Below, one piece after another: positions 53,418-64,000 of a DNA stretch of 64,000 bases (position 1 is the first letter of the stretch; the number at the start of each line of letters is the position of its first letter). This DNA is from Camelus ferus. Lineage: Eukaryota. The stretch spans positions 62,498,001 through 62,562,000 of the forward strand of contig NC_045696.1 of assembly GCF_009834535.1 (NCBI RefSeq), in the 5' to 3' direction. The notes below the pieces were generated by a model. It made no database searches and had not been told where the DNA came from. It saw only the letters and a list, made by a program, of their open reading frames with translations. Both the position numbers and the translations under genes were made by a program.

Positions 53418-53866
53418 TTTTTTTTTTTTGCCTTTTTTAAAATTGAAGTATTATAACATGTTAGTTTCTGGTGTATAGCATAGTGATTCAGTTATACGTA
53501 TATATTCCTTTACGTATTTTTTTCATTACAAGCTATTACAAGTTATTGAATATGCTATACAGTATATACAGTAGGACCTTATTGTCTATTTTGTATATAG
53601 TAGTTAGTATCTGCAAATCCCAAACACCCAGTTTATCCTTCTACCCCTCCCCCCAACCATAAGCTTGTTCTGTATGTCTGTGAATCCTTTTCTGTTTTGT
53701 AAATAGTTCATTTTGTGTCATTTTTAAAGATTCCACATATAAATGATATCATATGGTGTTTTTCTTTCTCCTTGTGGCATACTTCACTTAATATGACAAT
53801 CCCCAGGTCCATCCGTATTGCCGTAAATGGCATTATTACATTCTTTTTCATGGCTGAGTAGTATTC

Positions 53867-53918
<52 letters not shown>

Positions 53919-55071
53919 CACAATTTCTTTATCCAGTCATTTGTTGATGGACATTTAGGTTGCTTCTATGTCTTGAGATAGACATAGAAGCTGTTGTAAA
54001 TAATGCTGCTGTGAACATTGGGGTGCGTATATCTTTTCAAATTAGAGTTCCCTCTGGATATATACCCAAGAATGAAATTGCTGGATTATATGGTAAGTGT
54101 GTTCTTAGTTTTTTGAGGAATCTCCATACTGTTTTCCATAATGGCTGCACCAAACTACATTCCCACCAGCAGTGTAGGAGGGTTCCCTTTTCTCCACATT
54201 CTCTCCAGCATTTATCGTTTGTGGACTTTTTAATGATGGCCATTCTGGCTGGTGAGAGGTGATACCTCATTGTAGTTTTGATTTGCATTTGTCTGATAAT
54301 TAGCGATATTGAGCATCTTTTAATGTGCCTGTTGGCCATTTGTATGTCTTCATTGGAGAGATGTTTGTTTAGGTCTTTGGCCCATTTTTGGATTGATTTT
54401 GTTGTTGTTGTTGACTTGTATGAGCTATTTGTATATTCTGGAAATTAAGCTCTTATCAGTTGCATTGTTTGCAAATATTTTCTCCCATTCCATAGGTTGT
54501 CTTTTTGTTTTGTTTATGGTTTGCTTTAGTGTGCAAAAGCTTATAATTTAATTAGGTCCCATTTGTTTATTTATTTTTGTATATATATATTTTATTGAAG
54601 TACAGTCAGTCTACAATGTTGTATCAATTTCTGGTATACAGCATAATGCTTCAGTCATACATATATTTGTTTTCATATTCTTTTTAATCCTAAGTTATTA
54701 CAAGATCTTGAGTATAGTTTCCTGTGCATTGAATATAGTTCCTTGTGCCCACTTGTTTATTTTTGCTTTATTTCTATTGCCTTGGTAGACTGCCCTAGGA
54801 GAACATTGCTGAGATTTATGTCAGAGAATGTTTTGCCAATTATTTCTTCTAGGTTTTCTAGTGTCTTATCTTATGTTTAAATCTTTAAGCCATTTTGAAT
54901 TTATTTTTATGTATGGTGTCAGAGAGTGTCCTAAATAACTTCATTGATTTACATGCAGCTGTCCAGCTTTCCCAACACCACTTACTGAAGAGGCTGTCTT
55001 TTCTCCATTATATAGTCTTACCTCCTTTGTTGAAGATTAATTGACTGTAAGTGTGTGGGTATATTTCTGGA
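53418..55071 (-). mobile_element. Lineage-specific L1, 5'-truncated, antisense in intron 4, with a nested L1 3' end (54573-54747)
   Basis: T-tract, then ttaaaattgaagtatt; ORF 54037..54339(-) [28 protein letters not shown]...[19 protein letters not shown] is the ORF2 cysteine-rich C-terminus; L1 similarity stops near gtgtgggtatatttctgg (55070). Confidence 0.93.
53869..53916. repeat. (GT)24 microsatellite
   Basis: Perfect GT run of 48 nt inside the L1. Confidence 0.98.
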
Positions 55072-58000
55072 TTTTTGAGGGAGAGAGAGGACTCTTTGAT
55101 ATTACACCTGGATCTTCAGTGCCTTTATAATTTTATTCCCAAATTCCTTTTTACAACTTCTCAGAACTTTTCCTACTAATACGTATAAGTATGAAATTGT
55201 GAGACCTTGGTTTACTTTGTTTTAATTTTCTTTCCTTTTATAGTTGCTGGGCTGTCTGCTTTACTTGGCCCTTTTGTTTCTTGTGAATGAATACTTTTCT
55301 CTTAATTTTTCCCAATATGAGTGGCCTGTGTCAGAATTCTTATATGTGTGGCAAAGTTTCTTCTCCCATCGTAACATTGTATACCTCACTTCAACTAGAT
55401 TAAAGATGAGGATGACACATACCTTGTTTACTGTTATATCGCCAGTACTTGCAGTACTATCCTGCAGAAGTCATTTAATTTTTCTAAGCTTTGTGCTTTA
55501 CCTCTGTATAATGAAGGGACTTTGCTAGATGACTTTTAATTATAAAAATTCTAATATTATAAAGCATTATTATAAGATTATAAGATTTAAATATGATCTC
55601 AGAGCCATTTGTTAAAATGTGGGAAAAGCCTAGTTATATAAAATGCTTTATTTTGGTAGCATTCTGTACAATGAAATTTTAATTACATAGCATTATAGCA
55701 GAAAGGAGGCTTTATAGAATAAGACAGATTGCTTTCTAGAAGGTAATAAACTCTAGAATCTGCTTTACATTCTATAGCAGAGCTCATAACACTTAAGTCT
55801 TGGAGTATTAGTTTGTATCAGAATAAGAGGGTTTGGATGTTCAAAAGGTGATATTTATGAATAACTTTGTGGGTTAAATAAATGTTTGAAATAGTAGAAC
55901 CACTTGGATTATTAGTCAAGTAAAATAGAATATAGATTGGGTTTAGATTATCTAGTCATTTAAAAAATAAATTATTTGGATTCTTTTATAATATAATATA
56001 TAATATTTTTGAGAGCAAATCTTCAAGAACTAGGGACATATGCTGCTTTTGCAGTGTCATGAAACTCTATTATAAATTTTGTAAAAGTTTACTAAAATTG
56101 TGGTACCTCATAAGCTATATACTTCTTATAATTTTTTAAAAAGCCTAACATATATGGCTGTCATACTTTAAAAGTTACTAGCAGCTATCTATAACAAGAA
56201 TATAAACACTTTTAATGAAGTCCATTGGTATAAGGAACTTGGTATATTTATTTGATTATTTGCTGAATGAAGCTTTAAAGTGAATTGGTGCATAAATTCT
56301 GTGAAAATGTCATCCTTTTTGTTTAGTTTTTTCTATGTTTGGTTTTCTGTATTACAGCTATCCATTGATTTGCTCAACAGATGGTTTTAGGTAGTGAGAA
56401 TTTAACAGTTCAGTGCTTCCCAGCTGTTCTCATCTCATGGCACAGATAGAAACTGATGGTCATATTTGTGTGGAACACTGGAGAAAACTCCAGAGGGATA
56501 TAAGGGTGTCTTGTCCTATCGGTGTTGGTAGAAAAGTGTTTAAATTTCCTTTTTATGGCATTATGTTAAATTATTAATAAATATTTTACATTTTATAGAA
56601 TTATGTTAAAATAAAACATAGTGTTAGGGAAGAAACAATGTAGTGGATGTGTGTAACACTTCCATATATTTTAAAAATATTTTAATGAGGAACTTAAGCT
56701 AGCTTCTGTGAATATAATTTTTTAAAAAATGGATCTTAACATATGAAATGGTTTCAAGCAGTTCCTGATTAAGCTTTAAAAAGTGATGATCTTTTCAAAT
56801 TCTTGGCCATTGTCATTGATGAGAACTTTGTCTGCAAAGGTAGACATATTAGTGAAAGGCAGATGAGTATTTATTGCCCTTTGCTCCTGATTGACAGGAG
56901 CTTCTTTATCATTTACAATTAGAATTTAAATAATTCCATCTCTTTAAATTGTACTTTAAAGGAGCAATCACTCATTAGATGGAACTGCTCTTCCTTTTCT
57001 TTCATCAACACGTATAATACTTAAATTTTCTGGGCTAAATTGAAGGGATTTAAAATCAAATAATTATGAAGGTTTCTGCAGATATACGTGCAAGTTGTTC
57101 TGCCTGCTAAACCCCTTCTACCCACTTTTAATAATTCTCTTTGTGGATTCAGATTATAGCACTGGCTCCTTAATGACTCATTCTCAGCCTCTTGTTTCCA
57201 GCACTTTGAATCCATAAAGATTGTTAATACATGTTAATTGTCAAAAATATCAAAGATTGCTTAAAATAAGATCATCAGATTGCAGAAAACCAGGCTGTCT
57301 TTTAAAGGCAATAACTAGCACTAAACATCTGCAAGTTCAAAACTGTTTCTCCTAAACTTTTTGAATTCTACTTTTAATTTGTAAACTTAAGGCAAAACTC
57401 TTTCTTTGGACAGCCAATACACTTTTGTATGAAACAACAGAGTGATATTTTTATATCATTTCTATTCAAAAAGCTGAAAAACAAATGAAACTAGATGCTT
57501 TGAATATTTTGTTTGGATTCATGCATCATTTTGATTAAATTTAACTTGGAATTTATATCTTCATGTAAACTTTTATATATAAGAGATTCTTTGTGAAATA
57601 ATGTGTTACTACGTCTTCAGAGTTTTCTAAATGAATTCTTAGGGTAAATTTTTTTTTTACATCTTACTGTCATTGTGGCTGTACTATCAGCATGCAAAAT
57701 TGCTGTTTCCAAATTTATCTTTGTTTGTTTTAAAGTTTTCTTCTGGCATTTGAGTATTTCATCCAAGATAATCTTCAGAAATTTTAACTATTGCTGTTAA
57801 TTTGAGCACAGTTACTAACATGTAGAAGAATCATCACTCAGCAATGAAAACTTTTTGATAATGTTATCTTCTGGGTTAGTAATTATTGCTGTGTTTATCT
57901 GGCATGCCATCAGATGGATCTGTTGATTATCTTATTTGAACGTGGCACATTTTCTATTTCCTTTGCTTCTTTAGAAATTACAAAGTTCTGACATTTTCCT

Positions 58001-59237
58001 TGCAGGCTGGTATTATATGCAATTTTGTAACTGTATGAGGCATTCTGGCTCTAGCTCTTAATTGGGTAACCTTTTAACCAGCTTCTTACTCTGATACTGT
58101 TATAACTAATCTCATAAAAGAACTTCATTTCTTATTTTGTGTTTGTAGAAGTTTAGAGTATATGTCTTTTTCTGTATGAAATGGATATTGTGTTAAAGTC
58201 TTTTATGTTTTGTGCTTTATTTAAAATCTCTTTCATATAAATATATATTTTGGTTGAAGAAGAGAATTTTGGACTGTTGTGTTTGCCTTCTGAATGTAAT
58301 TACTTTCCAGCACTGTTTAATGAAAAAAATAGTCTGTTATAGTGGGAAAACAGCAATCAGTAAAAACCAAATCTATTTAAATGTGAAATAAAATAGGATA
58401 TGTTTTAAGGTTCAAAAATTTACCATGTATGTATAATTTTCTGCATTCTTAAAATGTTTTAAAATAAATTATACTGCCAGATTATAAAATCAGGCATTTA
58501 GTATACAAAGGGGGAAGTAGTTAATTCATTTTAGTTAATTCAGTAAATGTTATGTTCATGTATGATCAGAAAATCAAAATTTCAAAATGTTTTTTGAAAC
58601 TGCAAAGGCCTACAGCCCCATTTAAAATGATTTAATTACGTGCACTTGATTTCATCTTCAGAAATAAATGTTGTTTAATAATTTAAAACAAAATGTAATG
58701 AAATTGCATCAAGTGTCAGACTTTGGCTAATTAACATTAAAAGCCAATAATAAATAAATATCAAGAAGGGCCCCAAAATAACAAAATCAATTATATTCTA
58801 ATAGTACCTCATAACAAATGATAATGATGCTAAGGAAACAATCATACACACCTTGTTAGTAGAAAAATGTGAAAAATAAATTAATAGGACCAAGAATAGT
58901 GAAAAATAAGGGAAAGGAAGATGCAATATTTGACAAGGGGTACAAAACAAAAAAGTGATGACAAATTGTGACTAAAATAGTTTTGGATGATTCAAATGGT
59001 AATGCCAGGGGAAATATTATACAGTCTTGACAAAGTAATAGTTATTGCATTTAGATACTTAGCAGAACAATTCATGCAAATGGTATTGAAATTTAATTTT
59101 AGCAGTTGTTAATTTCTAAATGGCTATACCTAATAATTTATAACTTTTAAAGTCATTAAAAACTTACAAACTCTAGTATCTTGTGCGTGACTGTTGACAT
59201 CTTATCAGTTCTCTCTGACTGTTTAACCTCCACTCCC

Positions 59238-59708
59238 AGATTTAGTGACTTAAAACAACCACCATTGTTTATTTGGGCAGGGCTTGGAGGGGCCAGGTTG
59301 TCTCTGCTCCTACTGGTGTTAGCTGAATGGCTTGTCGGTGGCTGGAGGATCTGACATATCTGGTGCCTGAGCTGGGGTTGGCTAGGTTTTGGAGCCCTTT
59401 AGAGTCTCTCTTCCTCTAGGACTTTTCTCTTACATTGTGGTCTCTCTCTCTCTCCAGCAGGGTAGTCAGATTTCTTAATGTGATAGCTGGCTTTCAAGAG
59501 GGTGAAATTAGTAGGTGTGAGACTTCCTAAGGCCGAGGCCTACAAGTCACACGGGATCACTTCTGCTGCATTGTTTCGGTTAAAGCAAGACTCAGGGCCA
59601 CCCCTGGATTCAAGGTCAAGGGAAATAAACTCTTGGTGAGAGAGTGACATAACATATGGAGGGATGAGAGGAATTGTTGGTGGCAATCTGTATATACAGT
59701 CTGCCATG
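59238..59708. mobile_element. MaLR LTR (MLT1J/K-like)
   Basis: atttagtgacttaaaacaacc...tttgggcagggcttgg...tcacttctgctgcatt...ggaattgttggtggc...cagtctgcca. Confidence 0.7.
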
Positions 59709-59744
59709 TATTTCAACACACCTGTAATGTGTGCCATGAGCCAA

Positions 59745-60930
59745 GCATTGAGAACCTTTACAGAAGTAAATTGGTCCCCATCCCCAAAGATTTTGATTTA
59801 TGTTATCTGGAGTGTGGTATTAGAATTTTAAAAATGTCCCTAGGTGATTCTGGCATGCAGTAAAGTTTGACAACCACTACTTTAGGTGAGTGATTCTTAA
59901 ATTGTGGTTGCTAGGCTAACAGCTTCAGCATCACCTAGGGACTTATTAGAACCACCCAGATCTACTGAATCAGACTGTGAAGCTGGAAGCCAGTAATCTG
60001 TTTGAACAGGCCTTCCGGGTGATTCTGATATACCCTAAAGTTTGAGAACCAGTATTCTAGCGGAGTTAAACAACTATGGCTTGCAGATCAAATCCAGCGC
60101 ATTCTCCCCCCACCCCACCTTTTTTCATATAAATTTTTTATTGGAACACTGTATTGTCTATGGCTGTTTTTGCACAATGGCAGAGGTGAGTAGTTGTAAC
60201 AGAGACCACATGGTCCATAAGCCTACAATAACAATACAGCTCTTTACAGAAAAAAATGTGCTGACTTCTGTTTTCAAGACTATTTTTGCCCACTTCCAAG
60301 AACTGTATCTGTCAGGACATCCACTGAAGAGAGGCCCCTTTCTGCTTTAGTGAAAGTAGTTTAGTGATTTAGCTGCCTTGATAAATTCTTCTCAGTGGAG
60401 TGGCAGTGGATGAACCAAGGCTGCAACCTAGCCTAGTTAGACTATGGAGTAAGAACCAGGCATCAGAAATTTTTAAAGCTCCCCAGGTCATTCCAGTGTG
60501 CAACTCAGTTTGAGAAACAATGCTTTGCTTCTCCCAAACAAGCCACTTGAAAATCTTGGTAAATGCAGATTCTGATTCTGTTAAGTCTGGCGTGGTTCTG
60601 GAGAGTCTTCATTTCCAACAGGCACCCAGGTGATGTGGTTAATGCTTGTTCACACCTGGGAAACTTTAAAAATACTGATTCCTGAATCTCACTAGTTCTT
60701 CTGATTATCATCAGTGTATTTAAAAATTCTCCTGGTTATACTGTGTAGCCAGTTGAGAACCCCTGGGTCAAAGCAGTTTGTCTCAGTCTTTGAGTAACAG
60801 AATCACCTTGTGCACTGACTGAAAAATACAGAAGGATTCCATTCTTCTTCAGCAAGCTTGGACCTTTGTATTTTCTGATAGTTTTGCAGGTGATTTTGAT
60901 TCACAACCAAACCAGTGAAGAACCATGGTC
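59745..60930. mobile_element. Cluster of MER5-like MITEs plus one MER58A-like element (about 60060-60270)
   Basis: The MER5 motif ggtgattctga...gtttgagaacca recurs near 59845-59878, 60018-60052, 60485-60518, 60735-60763 and 60890-60925. Confidence 0.75.
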
Positions 60931-62848
60931 TTAGAGGAATGAAGAAAGGAAGAAAGAAGGGTTTAGATAAATGAATAATAGGTTAGGACAGGGAGAGGAT
61001 GTACAAAAACAGGAACAAATGATGACTATTCACTTGTACACTGGGACTTGTTTCTGAAGAAAGCAAAGAAGTGTCTTCTTGATTTGTTCTTGATTTATTA
61101 TAGACCTATTTATTACAACCCTAATGAGATAAACTAAAAGATTCAATGAATCCATAGTGTCAATGGCCATAGCCTTGTGCCTCTCTGTAGATTCTGAAAA
61201 GGACAGGAGTGATTATGTCATGCAGAAGCGTCAGAGGGGGTTGCTGTTGTAACTCAGTAATGTTTAAATGGATTACAAAGACTTTAAATGACAAAATTTT
61301 TACCCCTAGCCAGTGGGACCTAAATGGTAAGAACTGGACATAGTTCAATGCTCTCTGTAGATGGGTAGCCTATTCTGCTAAACTTCCTAGAGTAGAATGT
61401 CTGCTATCTGTGTTGTGTAGCTTTTGTTCTTTCCTGAGCGCAGTGGAGATAGTGTTGCTTTAACTGGGTGCGGACATGAACGGGCAATAACCTGAGTGTA
61501 AGCCCTTTGTTTTAAATGGCCATATATGTTATCTGTGCACTTTAGTAAGATCCGTTTGTAACTAGCAGATAGGTCAAATGACATTGTTGAGTATTTGTCA
61601 TATATATGTTGCTAGAAATAATGCTGTTAATTTCCAGAAATGGAGCTGAACCTTAGTTTTTGTGTTGGTAGCTTGTTTTCCTCCTCCAAAATCTGTCATT
61701 ATGCCTCTGTTATACCAGGTTTTGTGGTGTAGACGGGGAAGAGAAGACCCAAGATGCACTCAATTCTGAGAATGAAACAATTTTTATTTTTGGTCTAAAG
61801 CCCAGATAAGATTTTTGGGTGATTGCTGAGCACTCTGGGTCAGATCTGCATCAGAATTCCCAAGTAGTCAAGGTAGTAGAACTCTACACAAGGAAAATGA
61901 GGAAAGAGATAAAGGGCAAATCTCAGGAAGGAGTCTTGCAAACTTCTTGCCTTACCTAACTTCCAGGGACATTGACAGGGCTACTTTTGTTTTAGTCCCT
62001 GATTCTTTAAAGTCTTTTATAGCTTTTTACTTTCAGTATATGAAAAGAAATGCTGTGAATTCTCTCTTAGTGGGGTATAGATAAGTGAGCTAGGGTGTGA
62101 GACTGAATGAAGCAGCTCTGTACAACAGTTCACCAGAGGAAAAAAAGAGTTAACTGTTAGGTAGCTGGATAGCTTGAAATTGGCAAGTTAGAGACAGAAT
62201 TTTTATTCGCTTGCCTCTGCATAAACAACATACTTTTCACTTTAATGGAGGTGTTCAAAATAGGTAGGCTAGATTATTGCCTATTTCCTAAATTCTCATC
62301 CTCTCCAAATGTATATAAAATTTAGCTTAGGTAATGCTATATTTTAGGGAATGTAAATAGTAATATTTTAATAGTTTTAAAACAACAATAATACTACACA
62401 AAAAAATTCTTTCTCTGGAATATATTAATTTTTTTTTACTAGAGAATAATTGACATAAACTACATATTAAAGTGTTCAGTTTGATAAATGTTGACATAAT
62501 GTATACCTCCATAAACCTGTTGCCTCAGTTAATTTAATGAATATAACAGTTATGCCTCAGAAGTTTTCTTGTGCCACTTTATAATTTCTCCTTCCCTGAT
62601 TTGCTGCCTCCTCATTCCTAATCAGTCACTGGTCTGCTGTCTTTGTTGATTAGATTGCATTTTCTAGATTTACATATAAATGGAATTTTTTTTTGGTCTA
62701 ATTTCTTTTAGTGTAATTATTTTGAGACTCAGTCATGGTCTTGTAGCAATGGTTTATTTCTTTTTTTTTATTGCTTAATAGTATTGCAATAGATGCAATA
62801 GTTGTATAGATACATCACAATTTGTTTATCCGTTCACCTGTTCATGGA

Positions 62849-63579
62849 TGTATTAGTTATCTGTTACTGTATAACAGATTACCCCCAAACATAGTGGCTT
62901 AAAACAACATTCCTACTGAATAGCACAGGGAACTGTATTCAGTGGCTTATAATAACCTGTAATGAAAAAAAATATGAAAAAGTGTGTATGTAGAATACAT
63001 ATTACGTATATATAAGACTGAATCACTCTGCTATACACTAGAAATTAATACAACATTGTAAATCAACTGTACTTCAGTAAGAAAAAATAAAAAAAGAAAA
63101 CAACAAACATTTATTATATCACAGTTTCTGAGCCTGGAATTTTTAGTGACTTAGATGGGTAGCTTTGGCTCAGTCTTTAATGAGATCACTGTTAAAATGT
63201 TGGCTGAAGCGACAGTCATTTGAAAGCTTCCCTGGGACTGGAAGATCCAGTTCCAAGATAGGGCCATGTATGTGGCTGTTGGCTCCAGGCCTCAGTTCCT
63301 CACCAGGGAGCCTCTTTGCACAGTTTCTTGAGTGTTTTTACTGCATGGAATCTGGTTACTCCCAAAACAAGTGATCCAAGTGTAAAGGCAAAGAGAAAGA
63401 TGCAAGTTTTTAAGTTTTCCTGGCAGTCTGAGAAGTTACCTTTTGTCACTCCTCCATATTACTGTTTGTTAAAAGTTAGTCACTATGACTAGCCTACTCT
63501 CAAGAGGAAAAGAATTAAGGCTCCTCTTTTGAAGGGAAGAATGTCAAAGAATTTGTGGACATATTTTAAAGCCAATACA
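62849..63579. mobile_element. MLT1F-like LTR inserted in an old antisense L1 (about 62410-64000), itself containing a young L1 3' end (62910-63096)
   Basis: TG...CA ends with 5-bp flanks atgga / atgaa. Inner L1 is flanked by aaaacaaca at 62901-62909 and 63097-63105. Confidence 0.85.
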
Positions 63580-64000
63580 ATGAACATTTGAGTTGTTTCC
63601 TGGTTTTGGCTGTTACAAATAAAGCTGCTTATAAAAATATATGTAGAAGTCTATATAGACATATGTTTTTATTTTTTGTGTGTGTAAGTAAGTAGTTTGT
63701 GAGGTAGGATTATGTTTAACTTTTTACAAAGCTGCTTGTATAGTGAGATCTATAAGAAATTGCTAAGAAAAATTATGGAAAGAAGAATTTATTTTATTAT
63801 TTATTAATGTTTATAATAGTGTTAATATCCTTTTATATATTAAATTTCTAAAAATTTTTAATTTCTTTAAAGAAATTAAAGAAAGCCTCCAAAACTTCGG
63901 CAATTGTTTTCCAGATCTGATTGTATCCTCTTATACCAGCAGTGTATGAGAGTTCCAGTTGTTCACCACAATTGTCAACAGTTGTCACGATCACTTTTTA

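Noticed and set aside
59745..60930. Recurring motifs as a CRISPR-like repeat-spacer array
   Set aside because: Units are degenerate, unevenly spaced, of mixed orientation and match MER5-type MITEs; the context is a mammalian intron.
56024..64000. Next ACAP2 exon (ILFDQTQRSIK...)
   Set aside because: No matching coding sequence with splice sites found by eye; it probably lies beyond the window.

Overview
Mammalian, AT-rich, repeat-dense intronic DNA, not a prokaryotic locus. The + strand carries three coding exons of ACAP2 (centaurin beta-2; ArfGAP with BAR, PH and ankyrin domains): 43422-43479, 52015-52134 and 52934-52987. They splice in frame to (R)AALEEVEGDVAELELKLDK-LVKLCIAMIDTGKAFCVANKQFMNGIRDLAQYSSNDAVVE-TSLTKFSDSLQEMINFHT, the N-terminal BAR region, most likely exons 2-4. 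Everything else is intron (the 3' 43 kb of intron 1, introns 2-3 and the start of intron 4) filled with LINE-1 pieces of several ages, L2, MIR, MaLR/ERV LTRs and DNA-transposon MITEs. A tRNA-derived SINE resembling camelid Vic-1, with no Alu, B1 or Bov-A/Bov-tA seen, suggests a camelid genome. Nearly all ORFs in the supplied track are L1 remnants or noise. I see no new multi-gene system. The best leads are (i) a 16-bp target-site duplication enclosing an antisense L1 plus about 0.9 kb of non-L1 DNA that contains a candidate in-frame terminal exon, (ii) an old L1 segment apparently copied 23 kb away, and (iii) competing splice sites at exons 3 and 4. Repeat family names come from recalled consensus sequences and their boundaries are approximate; RepeatMasker/Dfam should confirm them.
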